Shown: positions 21,618 to 35,300 of the stretch, piece by piece
Position numbering within the stretch: position 1 is the stretch's first letter
Layout: each line of letters begins with the position of its first letter
NCBI GenBank assembly: GCA_965649765.1
Contig: OZ287752.1
Coordinates: forward strand, 16,306,001 to 16,370,000
Length of the DNA stretch: 64,000 nt
Direction of reading: 5' to 3'
From: Bispira polyomma
Lineage: Eukaryota
Position numbers and translations under genes: made by a program
Notes under the pieces: model-generated
The model's input: the letters and a program-made list of their open reading frames with translations, nothing else
Told to the model about the DNA's origin: nothing
Database searches by the model: none

Positions 21618-23265
21618 GGTATATACTATACCTCGGAATTGCCGCCCTATTTGAGCCGTCCTGGAACAGGGCGGCAGGGCGGCAACTTGATAAAGGTGTA
21701 ACATAAAGAATGAATTGTATAAATGGATGTATCTATCTAAATACTTTCTCCAAAAATTTCGTTTTGGTATGACTATGAAAGCTCTTATAATGTACTTTGT
21801 CATAGGTTTCACTAATTATAATTAAAAAAAGGCTGATTAAAATATTGTTAAATTTGGATTGTATATTTAAAATTTCTCCTCTTCTAACCTCCAGTCCAAC
21901 TTACCACCCTCTAAAGAGGCATATCTCTATTCCAACCCCCATTCCAACCTGCCGCCCTGTAGAGAAGTACATCTCCATTTCATCTCCCATGTCAACCTTC
22001 AATCCAGTCTAACTCCCTGTAGAAAAGTATATCTCCATTACAACTCCCATTTCAACCTTCAGTCTAGTCTGCCTCTTTGTAGAGAAGTATATCTCTATTC
22101 CAACTCTCATTCCAAATCCCATTCCAACGTGTCGCCCTGTAGAGAAGCCCAGCTACATTTCAACTTTCATTCCAACCCCCATTCCAACCTGCCGCCCTGT
22201 AGAGAAGTATAACTCCATTACAACTCCCATTCCAACCTTCAGTACAGCCTGCCTCCCTGTAGAAAAAGTATATCTCTATTTGAACTCTCATTCCAACCCC
22301 TATTCCAATCTGCCGCCCCGTAGAAAAGTACATCTTCATTTCATCTCCTATGTCAACCTTTAATCAAGTCTACCTTCCTGTAGAAAAGTATATCTCCATT
22401 CCAACTCTCATGTCAACCTTCAGTCCATTTTACCTCCCTGTAGAAAAGTATATTGCCATTCCCACTCCTATTCCAACCCCCATTCCAACCTGCTGCCCTG
22501 TAGAGAAGCCTAGCTGCATTCCAACTCTCATTCCAACCCCCATTCCAACCTTCCGCCCTGTAGAGAAGTATAATTACATTACAACTCCAATTTCAACCTT
22601 CAGTACAGCCTGCCTCTCTGTAGAAAAGTACATCTCTATTTGAACTCTCATTCCAACCCCCATTCCAACCTGCTGCCCTGTAGAGAAGTATATCCCCATT
22701 ACAACTCACATTCCAACCTTCATGCAGTACAGCCTGGCTCCCTGCAGAAAAGTATATCGCCATTCCAACTCTTATTCCAACTCCCATTCCAACCTGCCGC
22801 CCTGTAGAGAAGTATATCTCCATTCCAACTCTCATTCCAACCCCTATTCCAACCTGCCACCCTGTAGAGAAGTATATCTCCATCAACTCCCATTTCAATC
22901 TTTAGTCCAGCCTGCCTCCCTGTAGAGAAGTATATCTCCATTCCCGTCCCCATTCCAACCAGCTGCCCTGTACATTCCAACTCCCATTCAAACCTTCAGT
23001 CATTTTTGCTAGGTTTTGCACTCTAAATGGTAATTATTCATTTAAAACTTAGAAATTACTAAAGATAAATTTGCAATAAAATAAGATAAGAAAGCTTGTT
23101 TTATTGTGATTCCTGTGCTCTTTGTTGCATCAAAATCCGTTGAGAAATGGCTAAGATATTTAAACTTAAATACAAGTACCCAGCTTATATGACCAGGGCG
23201 GCAGTACAGGGCGGCATTCTGATTCCATTCTGATTCCAGTTCTATTTCGAGGTATAGTATATACT
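21618..23265. mobile_element. Non-autonomous DNA transposon with 9-bp TSD (Mutator-like), carrying a minisatellite
   Basis: TIRs ggtatatactatacctcggaat / atttcgaggtatagtatatact. Direct repeat acgtaaata at 21609-21617 and 23266-23274. Confidence 0.8.
21890..22998. repeat. ~60-bp minisatellite, about 18 copies
   Basis: Unit ccctgtagagaagtatatctccattccaactctcattccaacccccattccaacctgccg, with two alternating variants. Confidence 0.92.
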
Positions 23266-23275
23266 ACGTAAATAT

Positions 23276-23669
23276 GGCTGGGTTAGATTGGGGCTATTTA
23301 TTTCTGGAAACAGAAAACCCATTTCCCGTAAAAATATGCCTTGAATCCAATGTAAAGAAACATTTCCATTTCCAGACAAAGAATTCATACCTATATAATA
23401 AACAGAAAAAGTTTAAATGGAGTGGCAAACTTTGAAACTGTTTATAGGCAGGTTAGATTGGGAGGTATTTTTTCCGGAAACGGTGGATTTCCAATTTCCC
23501 TCCATTAGTTTGGGAGCATTTATTTTTTCGGAGTAGTTCTAAAGCTCTCCTTCAGAAACTTGGAGAGCTTTAGAACTACTCCAAAATAAGAAATGCTCCC
23601 AAACTAATGAAGAGAAATCTGAAATTGACCGTTTCTGAAAAAAATACCTCCAAATTTAACCCGCCCTAT
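23276..23669. mobile_element. Fold-back element, copy 1 (~225-bp hairpin at 23444-23669)
   Basis: Perfect 21-bp inner stem ggagtagttctaaagctctcc / ggagagctttagaactactcc around an 11-nt loop, with imperfect arms extending about 105 bp. Confidence 0.75.
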
Positions 23670-24039
23670 GGTTTCGTTGTAACTGTTTTCTTACTTCCTG
23701 TAAATGCGCATGCGCACACCCCCATTACTGTACTTTATTTATTACCCCCTATTTTCTTAATTTTTATTGGAGATAATTAATTGAAGTTTGTTTTTATTTT
23801 GAAATGCCAAATGATAAACGCTAAATTGCAGTCACATTACCTATGTATATGATCATCGTTGGGGTTTTCAACGCAAGTCTCCGCCTTCATGGGCCTAAAC
23901 CTTGAATCATGGTAAAATTCTGCGTATACCATGCTTTGTCAGATGTTATTCCTATATTCTAACATGATATGGCTGTGTCTGCGATTCTGATTGGCCGACA
24001 GCATCGGTAAAATTCTGTGTATGATTTCAAATGATTAAA

Positions 24040-24420
24040 TGGCCGGGTTAGATTGGGGCTATTTATTTCTAGAAACAGAAGACCCATTTCCCCCAAAAAT
24101 ATGCTTTGAATATAATGTAAAGAAACAGTTCCATTTCCAGACAAAGTATACATATCAATATAATAAACAGAAAAAGTTAAAATAGAGTGCCAAACTTTGA
24201 AACTGTTTATAGGCGGGTTAGATTGGGAGGTATTTTTCCCAGAAAGGGTCGATTTCTGATTTCTCTCCATTAGTTTGGGAGCATTTCTTTTTTCAGAGTA
24301 GTTCTAAAGCTCTCCTTCAGAACCTTGCAGAGCTTTAGAACTTCTCAGAAAAAAAGAAATGCTCCCAAACTAATAGATAGAAATTGGAAATTGACTGTTT
24401 CTGAAAAAATACCTCCCAAT
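24040..24420. mobile_element. Fold-back element, copy 2
   Basis: Direct-orientation diverged copy of 23276-23660. Confidence 0.75.
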
Positions 24421-26829
24421 GACTGTATCTAAATGGATACTCCACCTAAAGTATTTGTTTTTGTACCAACAGTAAGCTGTACCTTATGATTTTTACCTTA
24501 AATTTAATTAAAATAAAATGGTTATGAAGATATTGTTAGTTAAAGATGGACTGTATATGCCCACCTCCCCAGGGCGTTTTTTCCCAGGGCATTTTTTCCA
24601 AACTTGGTTTTTTCCTGGGCGTTTTTTTTCAGGGCGCTTTTTCCCCATGGCGTTTTTTCCAGATCCATTCCAACTCATTTGAAAGATTTTAAACAAAATT
24701 CAAATACATGTAACTTTCTTAATAATGATGTGTTTTTCAAAATTTAAAAAAATTAGTTTTAGCAGAAGATTAAGGCGTTGAAGCTGACACTAAATGTGGC
24801 TATATATTGATTTGGTGTAACAACAAACTTTAGTTTCATATATTAAGCGAATCAAATGTATACTTCTTGGTAATGATAATAAGTGCATTTATGAAAGTCC
24901 AAATTTAATTAATAACACCTGTTTAATCATCTGATTTGAAATTGGTGAAACCTATCAGAAGTTACATAATAAGAGGTTTCTGGTGATATCAAAACGAAAG
25001 TTTTAGATGAAGTATTCATATAGATACAGCTCTGTAACCAATTGAAATTTTCAGGGTGTTTCCAGGGCGTTTTTTCCCCACAGGGCTTTTTTCCGACTCC
25101 ATTCTGATTACGAGTGACGAGTGATAGTCAGAGGTGTAGTATGTACCTGAAATGGGTGCGATGGCTTACATAGAGGTGCGATGGGAGGTGCGATGGTTGA
25201 TCTGGGTGCGATGTGAGTTATTTACAGAATATAAGCTGTTTGTGAGGGCCATACTGCGATATATGCACCCAAAGTCAGGCCAATATAGCTTGAGGGCCGT
25301 CAGGCCCAAAAAGCCATATTTGGCTGACCAAGGGTTCAAAAGTAGTAGATCTCTGGGAAAATATTAAGCAGTACATCTATAGAAAGCTAAATGTTAATGT
25401 AAAATTGGATGAGAGAAATCAGAGAGAAAAATAAATAATTTATACATATATGTATAAATATTTGCGAGTAGATGGGTTTCTCAGGAATGGAGTGTGTACA
25501 ATTGATTGCTAATTTGGGAAGTAAATGTTCCAAGTCAGGCATTATACAAAAAAAAGAGGATAAATTTGTCAGTTACGATAGTCAATATAATATAGTTACT
25601 AGTCAAAATGTGATCAATGATTGAAATGATAAGATATGCACTAGTCAAAATACATACTACAGTTGAACCTCTCTACTTAGAACTCTGTTAAGTCAATTTC
25701 TATTTTAGTAAAAATATATTCAGTTCACAAGTGGGTTTTTTCCAGTCTCTTGAGGTTCGAGTTAAAAGGGTTCAACTGTAGATTAAAAATAGCAAATGTA
25801 ACAAATAGTTACACATATATTAAACTTTATTTAAATTTATTGTACTTCCTTCTATGCAATGCAAGTGTATCCCAAGATAATACAACAGAGATGATTTTTC
25901 GGTTCACACAATGATAACTGAAATGCAGTAGAACCTCTTACCCAAAACATGTTGGGAGAACAAGAGTTTGTTTGATAAACAGAAGGTTTATAAAATAAAA
26001 GAGATATTTCTGTATATAGCAATAGAATAATATAAATTTGTGAGAGTAGAAACGAGTTCATAAATTCTAATATTCGAAAAACATGTGTGACATTTATTGT
26101 GATAATTTAACTACATCACTAGCTTATGATGCTTTTAAAATTATAGTTCTAATTATGGGTGGTACTATACTGACAATTCAAGTCCGGTTATCAAAAACGA
26201 CTGATTGGACCACTCAAAAAATTTTCTGATTAGGTCTAGATTTTGATAATGATTTGAAAAAATTACCAGTGTAAAGTCTTTATAACCGACAAATAAAGAT
26301 AACTTCACTAGTAAAATTACAATAATAGAACACTGATTCATGGGAAGTTGAACCACTTGTTCGTGTATGTGTCATTTCCCCTGCCAAGTTGATGTTTCAG
26401 TGATATATTATATTGGTTTTTGTGGGATAGTAAACCTGATAAAATTAGTCAGGATTATGGTAATGGTGGAATCAAAATGATTGACATTGATACTTTTTCA
26501 AAGCTTCAAAGGCACCGTAATCAGAAAACTGCTGAAATCATAGAAATCACACCAGTCAAAACTTTTTGGATTAACATTACAACATTGTGCATCTTTGTTT
26601 GACCATGCAATGGAAAATAACAAGGATACCATCTTGAATACACCTTTATTGTACAACAAAATGATTACAAAAACCAATCTTTTTAAACCTAAATGGCATT
26701 AGAAAAGTATAACAGTTGTAGATGACATTCTACAAAGTAATGACATAGGTTTAAGCAAAGAAATAATTGAGTCAATGTATGATCAATTTTATCTAACATT
26801 ATTTTTTAGAATATTATCAAGTTAAAACA

Positions 26830-28600
26830 GTTGTTACTTAATTTAAAAAAAAAAATAATAAAGAATTCAGCAAACATTGGAGTTGTTTTTTTACATCAAG
26901 ATACATAAATATAATACTTAACATCTCTACATCCAAAAATAATATTTTCAATACATAGACCAAAACGTTTTTAGTTACTTTAACAATCCATGTCACTATC
27001 TCACACCATAACCTGTTGTCAGGTAAACAATCAAACATGTATGAAACAGGTCATTTTCTACATTACAAATGCCCCATACTTTTGATACAGTGCAGTCAAA
27101 TTTTGGAACAATATTATCAGTAAAATAAATCTTATTTATGTACTATTTGATATTGCATTTTTATTACTTTAAAGTCAGGATAAAATGTTTTTCAATTTAA
27201 AATTTTTTTTTTCCAGACTATTGCACTTAAATTAAAATTAACCAATTTCTTAGGCCATGTCGATTTACATGTTTGATTTTTTTTTTTTTTGGAATAAAAA
27301 CATTATAAATATTTTTGAATTAATTTTTTCCATGCCTTTTTAAGGGGCAACATAGAATACAGGTTTGTGTATGCTTTATTTAGCAACTCAGAAAATGGCC
27401 CAGTATTTTTATTTAAAGCTATTAATCGTTTCCATTCAGTTGGAATAGAATGTATTAGGCCTGAGTGAGTCACAAAATTTATGTTAAGATTATATTTCCA
27501 GTTTAAGGACTGAATTGTTAAAAATTGTCCATTATTATCAAGGATATCATACACATCAACAATTCCATTGTCAAATTTTGTAAAATATGGTCTTCTAGTT
27601 CACCAAGATGGTTTTCTTGAACCACATAACCTCTGAAAGTACTTCACCTAGACTTTTTTGAGGATTGTACAGCTCAAACCAAGCAGCTAACACCTCTCTG
27701 TAGAAGGCTGGTATATTTACAGAAAGTGTTTGTGGTTCAATAGCACTTCTGAGAATGTGATTTAAATTTAATTTGGGTATATTTAAATTAAATAGTTTAC
27801 TTTGCGGCTATTGTCATTTAATAAATCTCTTAATCCAGTTAATATTTAGAGCTTTTATGTATGAAACCATATCTGTAAGTTTTAACCAACCGTCACTATA
27901 ATTAGCTATCAAAACGTTGTGTCTTAACTTTATCCGAGATTGTCCCCATTTAAATGTCTTTTGGATTTCCTCTAATTCCTTTATAACCCAATTCTATGCT
28001 TCCAATACAATAATTTATTTTCAAAGGGCATGTACTTTAAATATTTTTATTTTTCCCTGTAACGTTAAATTCATTTTTGACCAAATTGCCAAAAGTTTTC
28101 TTGTAATTGCTTTTCGTTTTATATTATAATTTTTTGATACAGTCTGATGTATGTCTTTATAGAACCATGTTCCAAGTGCATAAATGTTTTCTATTCCCAT
28201 CTAATGTCATGAGTATTTGAGGAATATTTGGTTGTGGTCTAATCTGCAATATTTCTGTTTTTCGATACTTTAATTTAAGGCCTGAACTAACTGAGAACAT
28301 ATAAAGAGTATTTAACAATGTTTGAACTGACAATATATCTGCTAAAAGACACGTTGTATCATCTGCTAAATGTGATTTTTTTACTGTGTTATTACCAGCC
28401 TCTATACCACGTATTTTAGTATTAAGTATAATTTCTTTTGAAAGCAATTCAACAGGAATCAGGAATGATTATGCTGACAGTGGACAACCTTGCCTGATAC
28501 CACATTTGAATTTGAAATATTTTGAGGTATACTCATTATTTATTACAGAGCTTTCAATATATATGTTAATATATGTTCAATATATATGTCAATATATGTT
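26830..28600 (-). mobile_element. Degenerate L1/Tx1-clade LINE ORF2 relic
   Basis: Minus-strand fragments GIRQGCPLSA, IRGIE..SHLADDTT and DILDNNGQFL, with many stops and frameshifts. A small + strand piece of the same type (WDSKPDKI..GGIKMID) lies at 26410-26820. Confidence 0.7.
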
Positions 28601-29358
28601 TTATAAGTGTAATAAACTGTCAAAAAAGTGTGGCAAAATATTTTAAAATAAAGTTTATTATCTGAACAAAGAGACTTTTTTTTATTACCTGTAATACAAT
28701 TTTCTTTTTCTAAAAGTAATTTAAAACAGAAAGAAAAAGTGTGGCAAAATCGATGGATATCAGGGCGAAATTATCCCCCCTATAAAAAGTGTTGCAAATT
28801 CATTGTGTGGCAAAATCAAGTGTGGCAAAATCAATGGACACTGTTGATTAACTTGTTATTTGTTGCTCTCTCGACCTTTTAAATGTCCATGCTATTTGTT
28901 TTCCATATTAAGGTGATTATCTCAGTCTTCCAGAGGGTATATTGTATGTATGGCGATTTTCTCCCACTCGCCCTGGGATGTGGGCGATCGCCTCCGAGTT
29001 TTAGTAGGTACCTATGTTTAGTACGTTCCCATCCTTGAGGTTAATACTAAAGGTCGGAGGTAGCTCTAAAATTGGCTATATCTTAGAAGTTAGCTTAAAA
29101 ACCACCTATATTAAATAAAATAAGGTACCAAATCGAATAAAGAATAAATATAATACTACATACAAGACTACATAAATATAAAATTAAATCCTATACTGTA
29201 TATTATAATTCCCAAATCAAATGAAGAATAAATCTAATACTAGGCGATTTTACCTCCGTACGGAGCTACCTCCCAAGATCTAGGCGATTTTACCTCCGTA
29301 CGGAGCTCCGAGTTTTAGAAACCCCCATCCTTGACCTTCATAACGAAAACAAGGAAGT

Positions 29359-32300
29359 ATGAGTTTCAGGTTAGATACCTTCTGCATATTACACATTAGT
29401 TTTGTTGAAGATTTCTGTTTACCAGGATTAAAATACAAGACGCACTTGTACATATTGGTATCCTTATTGTTATATTTCCAGGAATCCTTTCAAGCCTCAT
29501 GGTCCGAAGAAAAGTGCAATATCGAAAACAGTAAGTCAACGCTCTACACTCTCATCCAAATTTTAGTGTATCTAGCGGTGGCAGACGATATTAATGCCTG
29601 TGATGTTAAAGACTTTAAAGTAATATTTGAAATAATTTACAAGGCGGGCGTTGATTGGTACCCGGGCGTCAACTGGCCTCCCCCCATTAATCTTTCAAAG
29701 ATCCAGTCTTTTAATCTGGGTGGGCGTACCCAAGTCTATTTTCTTATCAATCATGCCATAAACGACTAATTGACAAGTGATTGATTTTCCAATGCTATAA
29801 AATACATTAAAAATATCCCCTTCTCGCATCTATTTTATGTTTTCATCATCAACAAAACTAAAATATCTTTTACATTTTATTGATATATGACAGGTGGATG
29901 CACTAATATGAAACGATTCGCCTTATCTAACAATTGTAAGGTTACTTTAAACTCAATCCCCCAAAAACTAATTCATTTGAAAAAAACTGAAGTCAGTCTT
30001 TATTCAATTATGACACTTTGTGTCAATAAATACTAGCTTCATGTCTTTTCAATTCACTTTATCATATAGAATTATATAAGTTGCATGAATGGGTTTAGAG
30101 TTAGGTAGAGATTTAAACTTTAATAAATATTGTGTTTGGAAAATTCAGAGTAGCCAGTAATTGCTGTGACATCTGATATCTTATTATCTGAGAGCACCAG
30201 CTAAGATTGATCCTGCAATATTTGTGTAAACAAGATAAGATCATCTGTTTTTACAGTTGGTGATGGGATGAGAGTAATTAGTGGTGAAAATAATAAAATG
30301 TACCTTTAATTAGTAAGATATCATTCCAAACTTGTGTCCTTATACTTCTATTATCCGAGCAAAATTTTGATATCTTGACATATAATAGATAATAGAAGTT
30401 TTACGGGACATGTTATTTAATGTAAAGCATCTTTGATGACAAGTATATAAATTACTTGTAATTTCTTCAAATATTGTTTGTCCATGTTCTTTAAGCATAC
30501 TGTTTGTAAAGTCCTGACAGTAGACAAAATAGTCTTGCAGGTGTTTTTGTTGACCACATTGGTATATTAGACACTTAAAATATAGAAATGTGTATCTTAA
30601 AGAAACAATTATAGTTACACAAGTTGGCAATACTAAACAAATTGTGTACCTGAATAAGATTTGAAAAAAATTAGTTTAAATCACACACTGTATGAAAGCA
30701 AACCCTTTTAATCAATCGTTAGTGTAAACAATATGATATTGATGTTGATTATATTACATGGCATCGGTGGAAGACCATTTATCAACAATAAACCGCCATC
30801 ACAACTTCTTTAGAGATGATATTATATATCATTTGCAGGGAAGCCGTTGCATATATATTTGCCAAATTTGGTAATACACTTTGCCTAATTAAACATTCCT
30901 AAAGTGAACTTTGGCCTCGTTCTGTAAAAAAACATGGCAGCGACAGCCAAATTGAAACTTTTTTACATTTACACTCTCAGTGGAAAACTATTGTGGCTAA
31001 CCTTACCAAAATTTCTAGAACCATTTTTAACCTCTGGTAGATACAACAAGCATTGTTCTAGTTTTGGTTTAATTTTCTGTGGTTGTGTTACTTGAAACTC
31101 TAACAGTATCAATAACTTTACTTTTCATTGCAGGCAGAAAGAGAATTTGAAAGAGAAGCGAAGAAACTTGAACAGTAAGATTTTTTTTTAATTTTTCAAA
31201 AAGTACCACATGTATGAACTTTTATATTGGTGCTTTGTAAATGTATAGAAGAAACAATTTAAACAATTTAATTACACAAAATTATAAAAAGTTTAATATT
31301 TTAAACAAAGTGAAATTCAAATATTAAATAAAAGGCTATAATAAGCTAAGTTTAGATAGAAAATTTTATTTGAGAATGGACTCTAATTCTCATATTTGGC
31401 TTTGCCAGTGACTTGTGTTGGTTGGCTATATTTGCCATTATTTGGGCAGTCAAGAACAGGTTAGTTAGCACATCAAATAGAAGACAAAGAAAGATAATTT
31501 TCAAAGAAAGATAATTTTAAAAATGAAACCAAAATAGATATTGAGTTTTTTTTATAGTTGCTGCATTTTATGTTGTTTTCTTTGAAAAGATAGTACCTTT
31601 TGTTGTCATGTATATTGTTGACTAACCGTTGTTTTACAGGCTGGATGACAATGTAAAGAAGGTGTATAAAGATTTGAAAAGATGTACTGAATCTCATACA
31701 GGTAAGTGAGATAAAGAAGCCATATCAAGTCCCACTTTAATAATCCTGAGAGAAATAAAATGAAAAAAAAAAAAGACTTTTATTAATTACAATGAATTTA
31801 ATGGAATGTGATGGTATAGTGATTTACAACCATTCAAATCAAATTCCCCAAAATATCATGGTCATATTCATAAAAGGTCCTAGTCTTAACTTAGTCTTAA
31901 GCTTAACATTTATGTCTAAAATATTTAAGACTGTCTACTGTTAGTCTTAGAGTTCAGTGCAAAGTTAACACAAACCAAAGAATTGGCACTAAGACTAAGA
32001 CAAAAATCTTAACCTTTTAAGCAAAAATAAAAAAAATACCAAAATCATATGCATAAGGCTAAGTTATGACTAAGACTTGTTGTGAATGCAGCCCCACTTA
32101 AGTAATAATGACAAAACAGAGGTAATAGGGCTGCCATATGTAGCCAAGTGACATACTATGATGAGAATAAAACTGGTAAGAGAGTGAAAACGGATGCAAT
32201 ACTTCAGAAAAAGGAGAAAATAACCTTAAATGGTCAAATAAATTATCTGTATGACCCAAGACACTTGATGTTTTTTATAGTTCATGGACTGTAATACATG

Positions 32301-35300
32301 AACATTTCAACATATGAGGTTATAAAAAAGAAACCCGTGTATAAGCAGACTGTTTGTGAATGAAATTGAAATCAGTAAGGATGACTTAATTTATCGAGTG
32401 GCTAATTATAAAAGTTGTTTATGTTTATTTTAATTACCCATGTAAGTATATATCAGCAGTACTCTGCAGTATTAAGTAGTAGTGGGTGGACAATTAAACA
32501 TGTGTCCAATTACTTGTCTGTGGTCGATCAGCCTTAATTTTATATTATTGATTATTCACCAAATCCTGTTCCTAACTTCAACTTCTAAGATAGTTTGACG
32601 CTTTAATGTCAATTTATGTAGTTTTTATGTTAAAAAAAGCAATTTTGTCACTTTTACGTTTGTTTTCGTTAAACGCCAAGTTATATAGGTTAGCGGTAGA
32701 TACTAAATGTCAAACTTCTGAATCTAACTAAATTCTTACCGGATCGCATATATTCGGCCCGGAATGGCATGAGGAATACCTTGGTATTTCCAACAATAAA
32801 ATTAGGTGGATAATTGATTACAGGTCAATCATCGGGCGGACAATTGAGCAATTAATTGACCTGCAAAATACAGACCAATTCCCAACACTATAAAGTAGTG
32901 ATGAGTAATGGCTGGGGTATAATTCACTTCACCTTTTGGTACTCAGTAAAGCTGCAAGTCCAAGTTTGTCATTTGCATTGATTATCGCCCACACAGATTC
33001 AATGCATGTCAAAAAGACAATTTAATGCATACGGAAACTCAACTATTTCAGGAAGGTCGTCCTTTAATCGACAATAAAGTACAAGCTTAAGTACTTTATA
33101 TCTATTAGAAAGACGGACAATAGTGTATTTAACAGCAAATAATAAGATATTTTCCAACTTACTGTGCACTATATTTTGTACTTACTGTAAACAATTTATG
33201 CATACATTATTCTCCCAGATAAAGTACGGCTACGAATTGCGCACTGATGGCTTTTGTGTTTGATGTACACTTCCTGTCTTTCTAATGAGTCCCAAAGCCC
33301 AGATTCGTTGTGTCAACTAATGGGCTCAGCTTTAGTACTCCTGGCATAATCAAGTGACTTTCCTGTACTCATGGAAGTGATATTGATGAAGTTTAATGAG
33401 TCACCAAGTATATTTTTTAAGTAGCAAAATAAGGAAAAAGAACTACCTTCTGTGTTACAGCACAGAGCAAGCAAGAATGTAAAATTGTACAAGATTTGAA
33501 CAATAGTCCCTTGTGTCGGGAAGAAGACCAATTGCGAGACACAGTGGAGTGTTGGCTGCCAGTTGTACAGAAGGTGGAAGGTCTGACACATGAGCTGGTA
33601 AGTACAATTTGTCATTGGTTTAATAAACAAGTAAACAACACAACTTGAAGAAAAATTGAAGGGAAATTGAAGGAAAACAGTTGCTACATGTTCTCTAGAA
33701 CTCAAATTATTATCCTTATTCGGGGTCACGTTGAATAAAGATGTAACTATTCCACCAAACAGTAAAATGATTTTAGATGGATATGTGAAAAACCTATGAT
33801 GTAGATATAATAAACAAATAAATTTCTATGGACCTCCAGTATTTTTATTTTTATGAACTTAGTTTCACTTTCCCAAAATGTACATTTTCTTATTGTTTTA
33901 TTCACCAAAGTGTATATTCTGTTTTATGAAACTTCTATTTACTGCACAAAAGAGTACTATCCCAATATGTTCAAATAATAAAGGTTTTACTGTGTTCACC
34001 ATTAAAACTATATACTTATCATTGGCAAAAACCGGGACTCTGACCTAGAACCTGCCATCAGTGTGTCACTGACGAAACAATGAATTTGGCCATTTCAGGC
34101 TGTATTTATCCATCTGGCCGCGATAAGTTGTTCAAGCCAACAGTTAGCATATGGTTTCAAATGTGAGTGTTGCCACTTAAAAAAAATGTTGCATGTTGAA
34201 TCGGCAATATACACAAAATTTTATACACCAATTTTATACACTGGCAAAACATACACAGCCGAAATATTCGTGTGTCAATTTCTTCTTATGTTTTGACATA
34301 TTTACTCTACTATGGGTATGCGAATTAGAAAAACATTTCCTACAATTTTGGATCCTGACCAGATTTCTGGATGAATATCTCAATTCCGTGCAGTATAAAT
34401 GTCAACATTAATTTATAAGGAACGGCAAATTTGTTTATCTGCAATCGTTGCTGTGTGAATGAGCCATTACTTCGTCAAATTAAGTTCCGGCAAAAATAAC
34501 CACTTTTACAGAATGTGTATAAGTCGTCTTCAAGACAAACTCCTGACCAGCAACCTTGTCACCAGTCAAAGTCAGGGCCACTTTTGCAAAACAAGCTCTT
34601 TACCACTCAGTTGTAAATAATTTGTATAATTTGCTACATTTTAGGTCTGTAAAATGTAGGGCAAAGTCTAGAAGGAAGCTGTATTCATTTATTAATTAAA
34701 ACTGAAATTTTAATCAATTGATTAATTTTTTCGGTGTGTGTATTTTTAACCCATACTTTAAAAGTAGAAATTTAATTACATTTGTCATTTTAAAAAAAAA
34801 AGCACCCACTTTCTACATATTGTTCAGTTGATGTTTGTTACTAATGACTTATCAATCCTGATGTTGTGCTGTAGAAGATGCCTGCCATCATAAGGCATGT
34901 CAAAAATCCACAAATTATACAACTTAATCTTTAAGGTAATTGTCATTTTATTTATAATAGATTTGTTTAGACATGTACCAGCTTCCTCGTCATTTGAAGT
35001 GGTCTTTAGCTCTTATTCAGTCTGCTCAAGTGACATGTTTTTAATTAGTTTAACCTGTTTCTAGGTAGTAATTATCCAGTTCATACTAACATTGAGCTGA
35101 CTTTGTTTATTGGACCCAGGTGGACCATTTTTGCCACATTTTTGTAACTGTTTTTTTGCCAGCCTTGAATAACCTGTTTTGTGACCTCATTTAGAAAACA
35201 AGAGTTATCTTTTAAAAAAGATATCGGCGCACAGTGTGACTGACACCCCTCAGTTTGGCCTAAATTGTATTTCAAGGAGAGTAAAATAATAGATGCCCTT

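Noticed and set aside
22350-22980. PVEKY/IPTPIPT repeat ORFs resembling a mucin or extensin
   Set aside because: By-product of a 60-bp minisatellite within a TIR element. Frames break repeatedly and no splice structure is evident.
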